This document shows positions 48,638 to 58,707 of a stretch of 64,000 bases of DNA, piece after piece; the first letter of the stretch is position 1; each line of letters opens with the position of its first letter. A model generated the notes under the pieces. That model had not been told where the DNA came from, did no database searches, and saw only the letters and a program-made list of their open reading frames with translations. The stretch covers positions 144,500 through 208,499 of the forward strand of contig CAWJKF010000008.1 of NCBI GenBank assembly GCA_963843335.1, in the 5' to 3' direction. The DNA is from an uncultured Chloroflexia bacterium. Lineage in GTDB: Bacteria; Chloroflexota; Limnocylindria; Limnocylindrales; CSP1-4. The translations under genes and the position numbers were made by a program.

Positions 48638-49944
48638 CTAGCGCTGCGCCCCCTGGTCGCGCGCGAGCATGGCGTCCATGATCCGGCCCACGCTCGGACG
48701 CACGCCGTAGAGCAGCATGGTCGCCCGGAAGACACGTGACGATGCGATGGTGGCCAGCACCACGAAGATGGAGAGGCTGAGCAGCGAGACCACCACCATC
48801 GCAAGCGGGACCGGGTCCGCGATGGTGAGCACCATGAGCATCGTGGCGGGCGCGGTCAGGGGCACGACGGCCAGCACCCAGACGAGCGGCGAGGTCGGGT
48901 CCGTGAGCACCACGCTGCTGAACACGAGCGGGATCACGGCCACGAAGCCGAAGAACCCGGAGTACTGCTGGGCCTCCCGATTGCCCGGCGCGATGGCGCC
49001 GATGGCGGTGAAGATGGCGCCGAAGCAGAGATACCCCAGGACGAAGTAGACGAGCCCCAGCAGCAGCACCGCCGGCGACACGTGGAGGTCACCCAGACCG
49101 CCAAGCTGGCCACCGATGATGGGCACGAGCACGAGCGACGCCCCGATCCAGATGGCGACCTGGGTCAGGCCCGAGGCGCCGAGACCCAGGTCTTGCCCGC
49201 CATGAGCGGCAGCGAGGGCACCGAGCTGAGCAGGATCTCCACCACCCGGTTCTCCTTCTCCTCGGTCACCGACTGGAGGAGATAGCCGCTGGTGATGAAG
49301 ATGCTCATCACGAACAGGAGCGTGAATCCGAAGGGCAGCAGCAATGAGGCGGCCTGCGCGGCATCCGACACCTCCGAGCCACTCACGGTGATGGTCGTGA
49401 CCTGGGCCGGTTCGATGGCGCGGGTGATGACGTCCGTGCTCACACCCGCCGATGCCAGCAGCCCGGCACGCAGGGTCGCGTCCAGCAACAGGTCCTGGAC
49501 CTGGTGCCGTTGGGCGGCGTCCAGGCTGAACCCACCGGATGACGGCTCCACGCGCTGGATGTCGGGACGCGCCGGCCAGGTCGAGGGGATGATGTAGAAC
49601 TCGGCGATGGAGCGGCTCGACATCGCCTGGTCCGCTGCCGCCCGGGTCAGCAAGGTGACAGTGGGCGCCGTCGCTACCGCGCGCAGGTCGACATCGGAGT
49701 CATTGACGATGACGATCCGGGTGCCGTTCGACCCGGGCGAACCGCTCCCGGACGACGGTGCCAGGGCCGCCGAGAGGCCGAACAGCGCCAGCAAGCCGAT
49801 CGGCAGCAGCAGCGTGCCGACGATGAAGCCCCGTCGCTTGACGGTGCGCACGTAGTCGCGGCGAGCCACGATGCCCAGGAGGCGCAGGAAGCTCGTGCGG
49901 TCGGCACCTGGCGTGCCGGAGCCACGTCCGGGGACGCCGCTCAC
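48638..49944 (-). pseudogene. ABC-2 type (NatB-like) transporter permease; frame break at ~49190
   Basis: GTG start overlaps the ATPase stop (GTGA). N-terminal part ..SVTEEKENRVVEILLSSVPSLPLMAGK, then LGLGASGLTQVAIWIGASLVLVPIIGG continues in another frame into ORF 48638..49132. Confidence 0.75.
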
Positions 49945-50951
49945 GCGACGCTCGCGGTACGAGCGTCGCCGGCCACCGCGCGGATGAAGATCTCGCCCAG
50001 GTCCGGGGCATCGACCGAGAACCGCTCCACGATCGCATCCGTGGCAGCCAGCTCCCGGAACAGGTCGTGGGCGGTGGCGCCGTCGCGCAGCAGGAAGCGC
50101 ACGGAGCCATCGAGCACGGACACGTGGCTGACGCTCCGGAGCGCGTCCGGCTCGGTGGGGATGCCCCGGCCCACGACCTCGACCGCCCCGTCGCTGAAGG
50201 CATCCCGGACGACCGGGACCGTGCCGTACAGCACCCGCTGCCCGTCGTTGATGAGCAGGATCCGGTCGCACAGCGTCTGGGCATCGCCCATGTCGTGGGT
50301 GCTCATGACCACCGCCGCGCCCCGGTCGCGCTGGGCCAGCAGGACGCCCTTGAGCAGCTCGGCGTTGACGGGATCGAGTCCCTGGAAGGGCTCGTCCACG
50401 ATGAGCAGGTCGGGCTCGTTCATGATGGTCGCGATGAGCTGCGCCTTCTGGTGCATGCCCCGGGAGAGCTCGGCGCCCTTCTTGGTCAGCGAATCGCCGA
50501 GACCGACCTCCTCCAGCAGCTGCTTCGCGCGGGCGTGGCTGGCCGACGTGGACATCCCCCGCAGCGCCCCGAAGTAGGTGAGGGTGTCGATGATGGGCAC
50601 GTCCCGATAGAGACCCCGGTCCTCGGGCAGGTAGCCCACCCGCTGCTGGTGCTGGACGCCGGGCAATCCGCCGAAGACGCGGATCGTCCCCTCGTCGGGG
50701 CGGATGATGTCGAGGATCATGCGCATCGTGGTCGTCTTGCCGGCGCCGTTGGGTCCCAGGAAGCCGAGCAGCTCGCCGCGGTGCACCTCGAACGACAGGT
50801 CACGCACGACGTCCGTGCTGCCGAAGCGCTTGCGCACACCACTGACCACGACCGCGCTCGCATCGACGATCGGGGTCGTGGGGCCGCCGGTCAGGGTGCT
50901 GACCGGGCCCGATGGGCTCGGCGAGCCCGGGGCAGTGGGTGCGCTGGACAT
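49941..50951 (-). CDS. ABC transporter ATP-binding protein (ABC-2/NatA-like)
   Basis: GPNGAGKTT, LSRGMHQKAQL, LLIVDEPFQGLD. Confidence 0.9.
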   Translation of the reverse strand: MSSAPTAPGSPSPSGPVSTLTGGPTTPIVDASAVVVSGVRKRFGSTDVVRDLSFEVHRGELLGFLGPNGAGKTTTMRMILDIIRPDEGTIRVFGGLPGVQHQQRVGYLPEDRGLYRDVPIIDTLTYFGALRGMSTSASHARAKQLLEEVGLGDSLTKKGAELSRGMHQKAQLIATIMNEPDLLIVDEPFQGLDPVNAELLKGVLLAQRDRGAAVVMSTHDMGDAQTLCDRILLINDGQRVLYGTVPVVRDAFSDGAVEVVGRGIPTEPDALRSVSHVSVLDGSVRFLLRDGATAHDLFRELAATDAIVERFSVDAPDLGEIFIRAVAGDARTASVA

Positions 50952-51029
50952 CGGTCACAGGCTACACGACCGTCCGCGACCGATGCCCTGGCGCCGCCGT
51001 GGCGGCAGGCGTGCGTCATCGGTGGGACG

Positions 51030-52000
51030 ATGTCCACGATGCGTATCGTCTCCCTCCTGCCGTCTGCCACCGAGATCGTCTTCGCGCTCGGCCTGGGGGA
51101 CGAGCTCGTGGGGCGGACCCCCGGCTGCGACTACCCGTCCGAGGTCGTGGACGTCCCGGTGGTGAGCTGGACCGACCCACCGCCGACATCGGTCATCCGT
51201 CCACCGCTCGAGCTCCGGGAGCAGGGGACGGGCGAGTCAGCCGTGTATGCGTCGCCCCATCACATCGATCTCGACGCGCTCGCCGCAGCGGCCCCGGACC
51301 TCATCCTCACCCAGCGTCTGTGCGCGGTCTGCGCGGTCACCGCCGACGACGTGCGTCACGCGACGCAGCGCCTGGGCATCGATCCCTCGATCGTGAGCCT
51401 CGGTCCGGAGAGCGTCGAGGGTGTCCTCAACTCCATCTCCACCGTGGGCGCATTCGCGGAGGCCGAGGACGAGGCGGTCGGGCTCATCGAGATCCTGCGC
51501 CAGCGGCTCGCGGCGATCGAGGACCGGGTCCTCGAACGGCGGCTCGCGGGGATCGCGCCACGCCGCGTGGTCGTCCTGGAGTGGATCGAGCCGCCGTTCT
51601 CATCGGGTCACTGGATCCCCGAGATGGTCCGACGCGCCGGGGGTTGGGACCTGCTGGGGACCGAAGGCGAGCCGTCGGTGGAGGTCGGCTGGGAGCGACT
51701 CCGCGAGGTCGAGCCGGAACAGATCATCCTCGCTCCGTGTGGCTTCGATGCCCGGGCGACCGCGGGGATCTACGACCGCGCGTACCTCCCGGCGTGGTTC
51801 GATGACCTGCGTGCCGTGACCGAGGGTGAGCTGTTCGCGGTCGACGGATCGGGTCTCTTCAGTCGTCCGGGCCCGCGCATCATCGATGGCATCGGGCTGC
51901 TGGCGGAGCTGTTCGATCCGGAAGGCCTCGCGGGTGCAGCGCCGCCGGATTCCTCGATCCCCTCGGTCCCGGGCTCGAGCGCGTCGGCCTGCGGCCCTGA
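51030..52000 (+). CDS. cytoplasmic periplasmic-binding-protein-fold (BtuF/FhuD-like, cobalamin or siderophore binding type) protein; 3' end uncertain
   Basis: MRIVSLLPSATEIVFALGLGDELVGRT..CDYP (no signal peptide) ... SRPGPRIIDGIGLLAELF. In its own frame the ORF has no stop until 52475. A TGA at 51998..52000 in another frame would give a normal gene end. Confidence 0.65.
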
Positions 52001-52014
52001 GGGCAGCGCCGGAG

Positions 52015-52917
52015 ATGCCCTTCCGATCGCGGTTCGACTGCCTCTGGTGCGGGCGTCCCTGGAGCGCGTCCTCGGAGGCCGACCTGACCGGCTGGGCCGG
52101 GCTGTGCGCGGACTGCCTGGAGCGTGCCGCCGACAACCAGTTCCTGCGCTATCGGCTGCGGACAGCGCTGCGCGAACGGTCCGGCGGGGGCCAGCCAGTG
52201 GTCGCGCTGCCGCCGGTGGCCGAGCCACTCCCGGACCTCGACCGCGAGCTGCGCGAGTACTACGCGGCGCGGACCCCGGAGTACGACGACTGGTACCTGC
52301 GCCGGGGCCGGTACTCACGGGGCCCGGCGCGGGACATCGCGTGGCAGATGGAGCTCGACGAGGCGACCGGGTGGCTCGACCGCCAGCCGATCTCGGGCGA
52401 CATCGTGGAGCTCGCGGCTGGGACCGGCTGGTGGTCACCGCTGCTGGCCCAGAAAGGAGAGCTGTCACTCTATGACGTGAACGCCGGACCGCTGGAACGG
52501 GCCCGAGAGCGGCTTGTAGCACATGGCCTCCGTGCACATCTGCATGTGCGGGATGCCTGGGCTGAGCCCGACCGGACCGTCGACGCCGTCTTCTGCGGCT
52601 TTTGGCTCAGCCACGTGACCGATGATCGGCTCGGGGCGTTCCTTGCGATCGTCCGGCGCTGGCTGCGCCCGGGCGGCAGGATGGTGTTCATCGACTCGCT
52701 GCCCGATGCCGAGTCGGGGGCGGTCGACCACGATCCGGTCGGCCAGGATGGCATCGCGCTCCGCCGCCTGGCCGATGGCCGCGAGTTCCGGGTCGTCAAG
52801 GTATTCCGGGACGAAGCGACGCTGCTCGACGCATTCCAGCGCGCCGGGTTCGAGGAGCTGCGACTGGACGCGACCGCGCGATTCTTCCAGATGGGCAGCG
52901 CCGTCAGAGCTGGGTGA
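52015..52917 (+). CDS. class I SAM-dependent methyltransferase with an N-terminal Cys4 (zinc-ribbon-like) extension
   Basis: FDCLWCGRPW...GLCADC, then IVELAAGTGWW (motif I), and LRPGGRMVFID. Confidence 0.75.
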   Translation: MPFRSRFDCLWCGRPWSASSEADLTGWAGLCADCLERAADNQFLRYRLRTALRERSGGGQPVVALPPVAEPLPDLDRELREYYAARTPEYDDWYLRRGRYSRGPARDIAWQMELDEATGWLDRQPISGDIVELAAGTGWWSPLLAQKGELSLYDVNAGPLERARERLVAHGLRAHLHVRDAWAEPDRTVDAVFCGFWLSHVTDDRLGAFLAIVRRWLRPGGRMVFIDSLPDAESGAVDHDPVGQDGIALRRLADGREFRVVKVFRDEATLLDAFQRAGFEELRLDATARFFQMGSAVRAG

Positions 52918-52991
52918 AGGTCACCGCGCTGGTCGCCGGATCCCAGGCCACCTCGCATGCTCCGGCGGTCGCACCGACGGTTCGGGCGGGG

Positions 52992-53576
52992 TCAGGCGGG
53001 GGCGACGGGTGCGGCGGGCACCATGGCGAGCCCTCCGACGATCTCGACTCCCGGGTAGCTCGCCAGCAGGGCCCCGGGCAGGAGCAGCTTCGAGCCGCGG
53101 ATGCCGCTGCCGATGACGACTGCCGGGATCCCCGCCACGCGGTCATCGATGAGCACGCGCCAGCCCGCCGGCAACCCGATGGGTGTGATGCCGCCGTACT
53201 CCATGCCGGATCGGGCCACCGCGTCGTCAAGGCCCATGAACGAGCACTTCCGGGCGTCAAGGAGTCGTTTGACGACACCGTTCACATCAGCGCGCATGTC
53301 GGCCCGGATGGCGGCCGCGCCGATCCGCTCGTCCTCGCCCCGACGGCCCAGGATGACGACACAGTTCACGGAGGCGGTCCAGGGTACGTCGTAGGCGGTG
53401 ACGAACGCCGCGGTGTCCGCCAGGCTGGCATCGATGGCCGCGACCGCGACGGATCCGGCCACGGCGGGGTCGCTGGCGACCCACGCGGTCAGCGAGGCAT
53501 GGGTCATGGGTGCCAGGAGCTCGGGGTGGTCGAGCGCGGGCACCCATTCCAGGATGCCCAGGGTCGGCAGCGTCAT
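52992..53576 (-). CDS. YbaK/EbsC-type aminoacyl-tRNA deacylase domain protein
   Basis: ..VNCVVILGRRG...VKRLLDARKCSFMGLDDAVARSGMEYGGITPIGLP. Confidence 0.85.
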   Translation of the reverse strand: MTLPTLGILEWVPALDHPELLAPMTHASLTAWVASDPAVAGSVAVAAIDASLADTAAFVTAYDVPWTASVNCVVILGRRGEDERIGAAAIRADMRADVNGVVKRLLDARKCSFMGLDDAVARSGMEYGGITPIGLPAGWRVLIDDRVAGIPAVVIGSGIRGSKLLLPGALLASYPGVEIVGGLAMVPAAPVAPA

Positions 53577-53644
53577 CGGGCCTCGTCGTCTCCTGCGGGT
53601 GCGGATGGGTCGATGATGGGGCAGGCGGCGCCGGTCCCGCCACC

Positions 53645-53650
53645 TATACT
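53645..53650 (+). promoter_or_regulatory. candidate -10 box TATACT, 7 nt upstream of the proC GTG (possible leaderless transcript)
   Basis: TATACTcccgagcGTG. No RBS lies between the box and the start. There are only 81 bp between the divergent genes. Confidence 0.25.
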
Positions 53651-53657
53651 CCCGAGC

Positions 53658-54533
53658 GTGTCACTCCAGGACGTCACCATCGCCACCGTCGGCACCGGCG
53701 TGATGGCGGAATCGATGATCACGGGTCTCCTCAAGGCCCGCGAGGTCGATCCGCTCCACGTCATCGCCAGCCATCCCCGCGCCGAGCGCAGGGAGCACCT
53801 GTCGCGGACCCACGGCATCCGCACGGTCGAATCCAACCGCGAGGCGGTCGCCGGGGCGGACATCGTCGTGCTGGGCATCAAGCCCCAGATGATCAAGCGG
53901 GTGGGCCTGGAGCTGGCCGAGGTGCTGCGTCCAGAGCAGCTGGTCATCAGCGTCATCGCCGGCGCCACGACGGCCGCGTTGACGAACGTGCTGCGCCATC
54001 GAGCCCTGGTGCGGGCGATGCCCAACACCCCCGCCCAGCTGGGCAAGGGGATGACGGTCTGGTATGCGACGCCCACGGTGACCGCCACGCAGCGGGAGCA
54101 TGCCGGTGCCCTGCTGCGGAGCCTGGGCGCCCAGATCGAGGTCGAGGACGAGAAGTTCGTGGCCATGGCCACGGCGGTATCCGGGACCGGGCCGGCGTAC
54201 GTGTTCCTGGTCATGGAGGCGCTCATCGACGCCGCGGTCCACCTGGGCTTCCCGCGCCATGTCGCGCACGATCTGGTCATCGAGACGCTCGAGGGCAGCA
54301 CCCTGTTCGCGAAGGCGAGCGGGATGCATCCGGCACAGCTGCGCAACATGGTCACGTCGCCCGGCGGCACATCCGCCGCGGCCATCCATGAGCTGGAGCG
54401 CGGCCGGTTGCGGACGGTCCTGTCGGAGGCGGTCTGGGCGGCGTATCGGCGCACCGACGAGCTGGGCCACCAACTGGAGGCCGAGACGGCGTCGCTCGGC
54501 GATCACGGGGACGAGGGCGACCGCGCGGACTGA
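53658..54533 (+). CDS. proC: pyrroline-5-carboxylate reductase
   Basis: IATVGTGVMAESMITGL, IVVLGIKPQ, AMPNTPAQLGKG, and TSPGGTSAAAIHELE. An alternative ATG start is at 53613. Confidence 0.9.
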   Translation: MSLQDVTIATVGTGVMAESMITGLLKAREVDPLHVIASHPRAERREHLSRTHGIRTVESNREAVAGADIVVLGIKPQMIKRVGLELAEVLRPEQLVISVIAGATTAALTNVLRHRALVRAMPNTPAQLGKGMTVWYATPTVTATQREHAGALLRSLGAQIEVEDEKFVAMATAVSGTGPAYVFLVMEALIDAAVHLGFPRHVAHDLVIETLEGSTLFAKASGMHPAQLRNMVTSPGGTSAAAIHELERGRLRTVLSEAVWAAYRRTDELGHQLEAETASLGDHGDEGDRAD

Positions 54534-54543
54534 GCCGCCCGCC

Positions 54544-55773
54544 ATGGAGTCGTCCCGCCGACACGATCACTGGGTCCGGTTGACGCTGCTGTTCGCGGCG
54601 ACCGGGTTCGTGGAGTCGATGAGCTTCGGGCACTACCTCACGTTCCTGCCACTGCTGGTCAAGGACCTCGGCGTACCGTCGAGCTCGGTGCCCGAGACCG
54701 TCGGGTTCCTGGCCACGGTCTCGCTGCTTGCCGGGCTCCCCCTGGTGCCCTTCTGGGGCGCCTGGGCCGACCGCTACAGCCGCAAGATCATCATCGTCCG
54801 CTCGGCGGTCGTCGAGGCGCTCCTGTTCGTGCTGCTGGCGTTCGTCTCGGATGTGCGCCAGTTGTTCCTGCTCGTGCCGCTCGTTGGGCTGGTGCTGGGG
54901 AACACGGGCGTGATGCTCGCGGAGATCACCGACCGTGCGCCTCGCGAGCGGCTGGGGTTGGCCATCAGCGTCGTTGGTGCGGCGGGACCGCTCGGGCTCG
55001 CCGTGGGACCCCTCATCGGCGGCCCCATCGTCGACCAGCACGGGTTGCAGACGCTGTTCCTCCTCGACGCCGCCATCACCGGCTGCATCGTGGCAGCACT
55101 CGTCATCGGGTACCACGAAGCAGCCGACCGCGTGCGCAGCCTGCTGCCGGTGTTGACGCTCGTCCGGCGCTCGCTCATCGCGGTCCTGCGCACGCCGCTC
55201 GCGCAGGGTGTGTTCGTGACCTACTTCTTCGTGCTCCTGGGCCAGCGACTCGTGACCCCGTTCCTGGCACTGTATGTGGAGGCCATCAACGGACCGGTGC
55301 TGCTGGCCTCGACGGTCGGGCTCGTGGCCGGGGTCTACGGGCTCGCCGCGACCGTCGGATCGCCGCTCGCGGGCGCGCTCGCTGACCAGGTCGGCTTCGG
55401 CCGGGTGCTGCTGGGCTCCATCGCACTGGCGTCGATGGCCTCCTTCGCGGCCGCCGCCCTCCATTCGCTGCTGCCATTCGCGGTCGACTACGCCCTGCTC
55501 GGCATCGGGTTCGCGACGGCCGGGGCGATGCTGTTCGCGACGCTCGCGACCGGTCTGCCTGCCGATATCCGCTCGGCGGTCCTCAACCTGGCCCTCGTGC
55601 CGGCGTACCTCAGCGGCATCGTCGGCTCGCTGCTCGCGGTCCAGGTGGTCCAGCGCTCCGAGGGCGACCTGCGGGTCCTGTGGGTCATGGCAGGGCTGCT
55701 GGTCGCCGTGGCGCTCATCCCGGCATGGCGCCTGGAGGCGCTCGTCCGCCGACGGGCTACGCTGTCCGCATGA
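54544..55773 (+). CDS. MFS transporter
   Basis: 12 predicted hydrophobic segments, and a WGAWADRYSRK loop motif. Confidence 0.9.
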   Translation: MESSRRHDHWVRLTLLFAATGFVESMSFGHYLTFLPLLVKDLGVPSSSVPETVGFLATVSLLAGLPLVPFWGAWADRYSRKIIIVRSAVVEALLFVLLAFVSDVRQLFLLVPLVGLVLGNTGVMLAEITDRAPRERLGLAISVVGAAGPLGLAVGPLIGGPIVDQHGLQTLFLLDAAITGCIVAALVIGYHEAADRVRSLLPVLTLVRRSLIAVLRTPLAQGVFVTYFFVLLGQRLVTPFLALYVEAINGPVLLASTVGLVAGVYGLAATVGSPLAGALADQVGFGRVLLGSIALASMASFAAAALHSLLPFAVDYALLGIGFATAGAMLFATLATGLPADIRSAVLNLALVPAYLSGIVGSLLAVQVVQRSEGDLRVLWVMAGLLVAVALIPAWRLEALVRRRATLSA

Positions 55774-56639
55774 TCACGCCTCGAAGCACGCGGGGAGTCG
55801 TGGCGCGGCGCGCAGCGGCCCTGGCCACCATGCCGGTACTGGCTGTCACGCTGCTGGCTGCCTCCTCGCTGGCTGCGTCCCCGACGCCGTCCGGCTCGGT
55901 GGTCCCCGCGGTCTCGATCGCACCATCGACGGCGCCCGTCGCACGGCTGACATGGGAGGTGGTCTCCACCCGGCCGCACGACACCACCGCCTGGACCGAA
56001 GGGCTGCTCGTCGACCCGACGGGGGCGATCTACGAGTCGACCGGCCTGGTGGGCCAGTCGACCATCCGCCAGGTCGACCCGACGACCGGCGCGGTCACCA
56101 GGAGCGCGCCCTTGCCGGGGGATCTGTACGGCGAAGGGCTGGCGCTCGTCGGCGACCGGTTCGTCCAGCTCACCTGGAAGGACGGCGTGGCGCTCGTCTG
56201 GGACGCGGCCACCCTCACCCAGACCGCGAGCTTCGGCTACACCGGCGAAGGCTGGGGGCTGTGCAACGATGGGACGCGCCTGGTGATGAGCGATGGCAGC
56301 TCGACCCTGACGTTCCGCGACCCAGCCACCTTCGCGGTCACGGGTACCGTTGGGGTCACGTTCCAGGGCCAACCGGTCGCCCAGCTCAATGAGCTCGAGT
56401 GCGTCGATGGCTCGGTGTGGGCGAACGTGTGGGAGACGCCCTACATCGTGCGCATCGACCCCGGCTCGGGGGCCATCACGGGCGTCCTGGACACGACCGG
56501 CATGATCACCCCCGACCCGTCGGTCGCCGATCCCGGTGCCGTGCTCAACGGCATCGCCTACGACCCAGCCGCAGGCACGTTCCTGCTCACCGGCAAGCGC
56601 TGGCCGACCATGTTCGAGGTGCGCATCGGCGACAGCTGA
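55770..56639 (+). CDS. glutaminyl-peptide cyclotransferase (beta-propeller type)
   Basis: ATGA overlap with the MFS stop. Signal peptide. PHDTTAWTEGL..YESTGLVGQS..YGEGL..LTWKDG..GEGWGL..LNELECVDG. Confidence 0.85.
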   Translation: MITPRSTRGVVARRAAALATMPVLAVTLLAASSLAASPTPSGSVVPAVSIAPSTAPVARLTWEVVSTRPHDTTAWTEGLLVDPTGAIYESTGLVGQSTIRQVDPTTGAVTRSAPLPGDLYGEGLALVGDRFVQLTWKDGVALVWDAATLTQTASFGYTGEGWGLCNDGTRLVMSDGSSTLTFRDPATFAVTGTVGVTFQGQPVAQLNELECVDGSVWANVWETPYIVRIDPGSGAITGVLDTTGMITPDPSVADPGAVLNGIAYDPAAGTFLLTGKRWPTMFEVRIGDS

Positions 56640-56679
56640 ACGCGCGCGGCCCATGGGCCGAGCTGAACGCGCGCGGCCC
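56634..56679. repeat. 19-bp direct repeat (AGCTGAACGCGCGCGGCCC) at 27-bp spacing, including the palindrome GGCCCATGGGCC
   Basis: Read directly. The first copy contains the stop codon of the cyclase gene. Confidence 0.8.
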
Positions 56680-56992
56680 GCGGCTCACGGCCACGCCGGG
56701 GACTCGAGCGGGCTCGGATCGAGCCGCGTGGGCGTGCTGCCGATCCTCGCCATGCGCCCAGCGGATGAGCAGGCCACCGAAGGGCCGTATCGGGGCAGAT
56801 CGAGGCTCGTCGAGCCGCTTCGTTGGCGACATCGCCCTCCACGTGGGCGATATAGCCGTCGACGGGTCGAAACGCGCTGATTCCGCCGTGTCCCGGGCAG
56901 TTCGTTGGCCCGCTCATGCGCCCGACGCATACCGGGCGCCGGACGCTTGGTGAGCCACCGGACCCGATGACCGCGGCCACCGGGCCATGCCC

Positions 56993-58540
56993 CTAGCTCG
57001 CGGGTGCGAACGTGAAGCCCGTGTTGCCAGCCAGGACGCTCACCATGGAGAGGGTGCCGTCCGCCTTGATCTCGGCCGTATCCAGGAACGGCAGCAGGCT
57101 GAGAAAGCCCTGTTCCAGGCTCGAGGTCGTGGAGTCGCAGGTGCCACCCGTGGCGGGCACCACATCCTTGAGCGCGAGCTTGGTGCCATCGAGCGTCCAG
57201 CTGCCCGTGAAGTCATTGCAGCCGCCGTTGCCCGCGAAGGTCCCGTCGGCCGCGAAGGTGATGCTGATGTCCAGCAGGCCACCCGGCAGGGCCTGTCCGG
57301 CGTACTCGGTCATGTTCCACGCACCGACGATGCCACCGGCGATGCCACCAGAGGCGGCTGGGGAGGCCGCCGGTGACGCAGCAGGGGAGGCACCGGGCGA
57401 CGGGGCCACCGACGGGCTTGTGCCGGGTGCCGCGGTCGCCGCGGCGCTGGGCGGCGGGCCACCCGCGGCTCCGAGCACGAGCGTGCTGCCATCCGTCGCG
57501 TTGATGGTCAGGCCTGCGGCATCCACCGCGAACCCACTGGCAGCCTGGAGAGCGCCCAGGAACGTCGCCTCGGCGTCGTCGACGGTCGTCGAGCACGCCT
57601 TGCGCGTCGAGCCGATCGCTCCACCGTGAGGCTGGCGCCATCGGCCGTCCAGGTGGCGTGGTACTGGTTGCAGCCGGCGAACCCGGCAAGGGTGCCGTCA
57701 TCGAAGAAGGTGGCCGTGATGCCGAAGGCGTCCATCGTCGCGCCGTTCATGGTGCTCAGCTGCCAGTCACCGGCCGGGGTCGCACCGGCGGACGTGCCGT
57801 TGCCGAACACGAGCTGGGTGGCGCCGTCGATGGTGAGCGTGCCGCCCTCCACCGCCCAACCGGTCGCGGCCTGGAGCGCGTCAAGATAGGCGTCCTCGGT
57901 ATCGGACGCGCCGTCGCAGATCGCGCGGGTCGCCGCGAGCGGGCCGACGGTCAGCGTCGCGCCATCCACGGTGTAGGCGCCCGCGAACGTGTTGCAGCCG
58001 CCGGAACCGCTCAGCGAGCCATCCGAGCCGAACGTGGCGGTCGCGACGACATCCGCGGGGATCGCGTCACCGCCGATGGACGCGAGCGTCCAGTCGCCGA
58101 CCAGCGGGCTGTCCGCAGCGCTGCCGCCGAACACGAGGGTGGAGCTGTCCGAGGTCACGACATCCACCGCGGAGCCATCGAGGCTCCAGCTGGCCGCGTC
58201 CTGGAGCAGGCCCAGGTACTGCGTCTCCAGCGAATCCACGGCCGGATCGCAGGCCTTGCGGGTCGCCGCGATGGGGCCCACGGTCAGCGAGGTGCCGTCG
58301 CTCTGGAAGGTCGCGTTGTACTGGTTGCAGCCGCCGAAGCCGGACAGGGTGCCATCGGATGCCGAACGTGATGGTGATGCCCGCATCGGGCGTGATGGCC
58401 GTGCCCGCGAGCTCGGTGAGTGGCATCTCCTGGTCGAAGATGGTGGCCGGTGTCGGGCTCTGCGCGAGCGCAGCGCTGGCGCCGAGGCTCATGGGCAGGG
58501 CGAGGGCGAGGGATAGCAGGGCGCGGGTCGTTCGGCTCAT
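56993..58540 (-). pseudogene. secreted protein with four META (HslJ-like) domains; frame breaks at ~58361 and ~57625
   Basis: Signal peptide MSRTTRALLSLALALPMSLGASAALAQS. Four units with G(F/S/N)(G/A)GCN(Q/T/D)(Y/F). The reading passes through ORFs 58067..58540, 57508..58386 and 56993..57526. Confidence 0.75.
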
Positions 58541-58707
58541 GGCGCCGATGATACGGGGCGCATCCTCGCTGGCAAGCCCTGTCGGCGCGGGACAGGACGA
58601 CAGCCGCCCCGGATGGGACGGCTGTCGTCGAGCGCTGGACCGGGCCAGGCCGGGGGTGACGGCCTGGGTCAGGCGTGGGATCAGGCCAAGTCGGGCCTGG
58701 ACGAGGC

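Noticed and set aside
50067-51029. 5' part of the 802-aa plus-strand ORF 50067..52475
   Set aside because: This portion is antisense to the ABC ATPase (Walker motifs on the minus strand) and is not protein-like. Only the part from ATG 51030 has PBP-fold homology.
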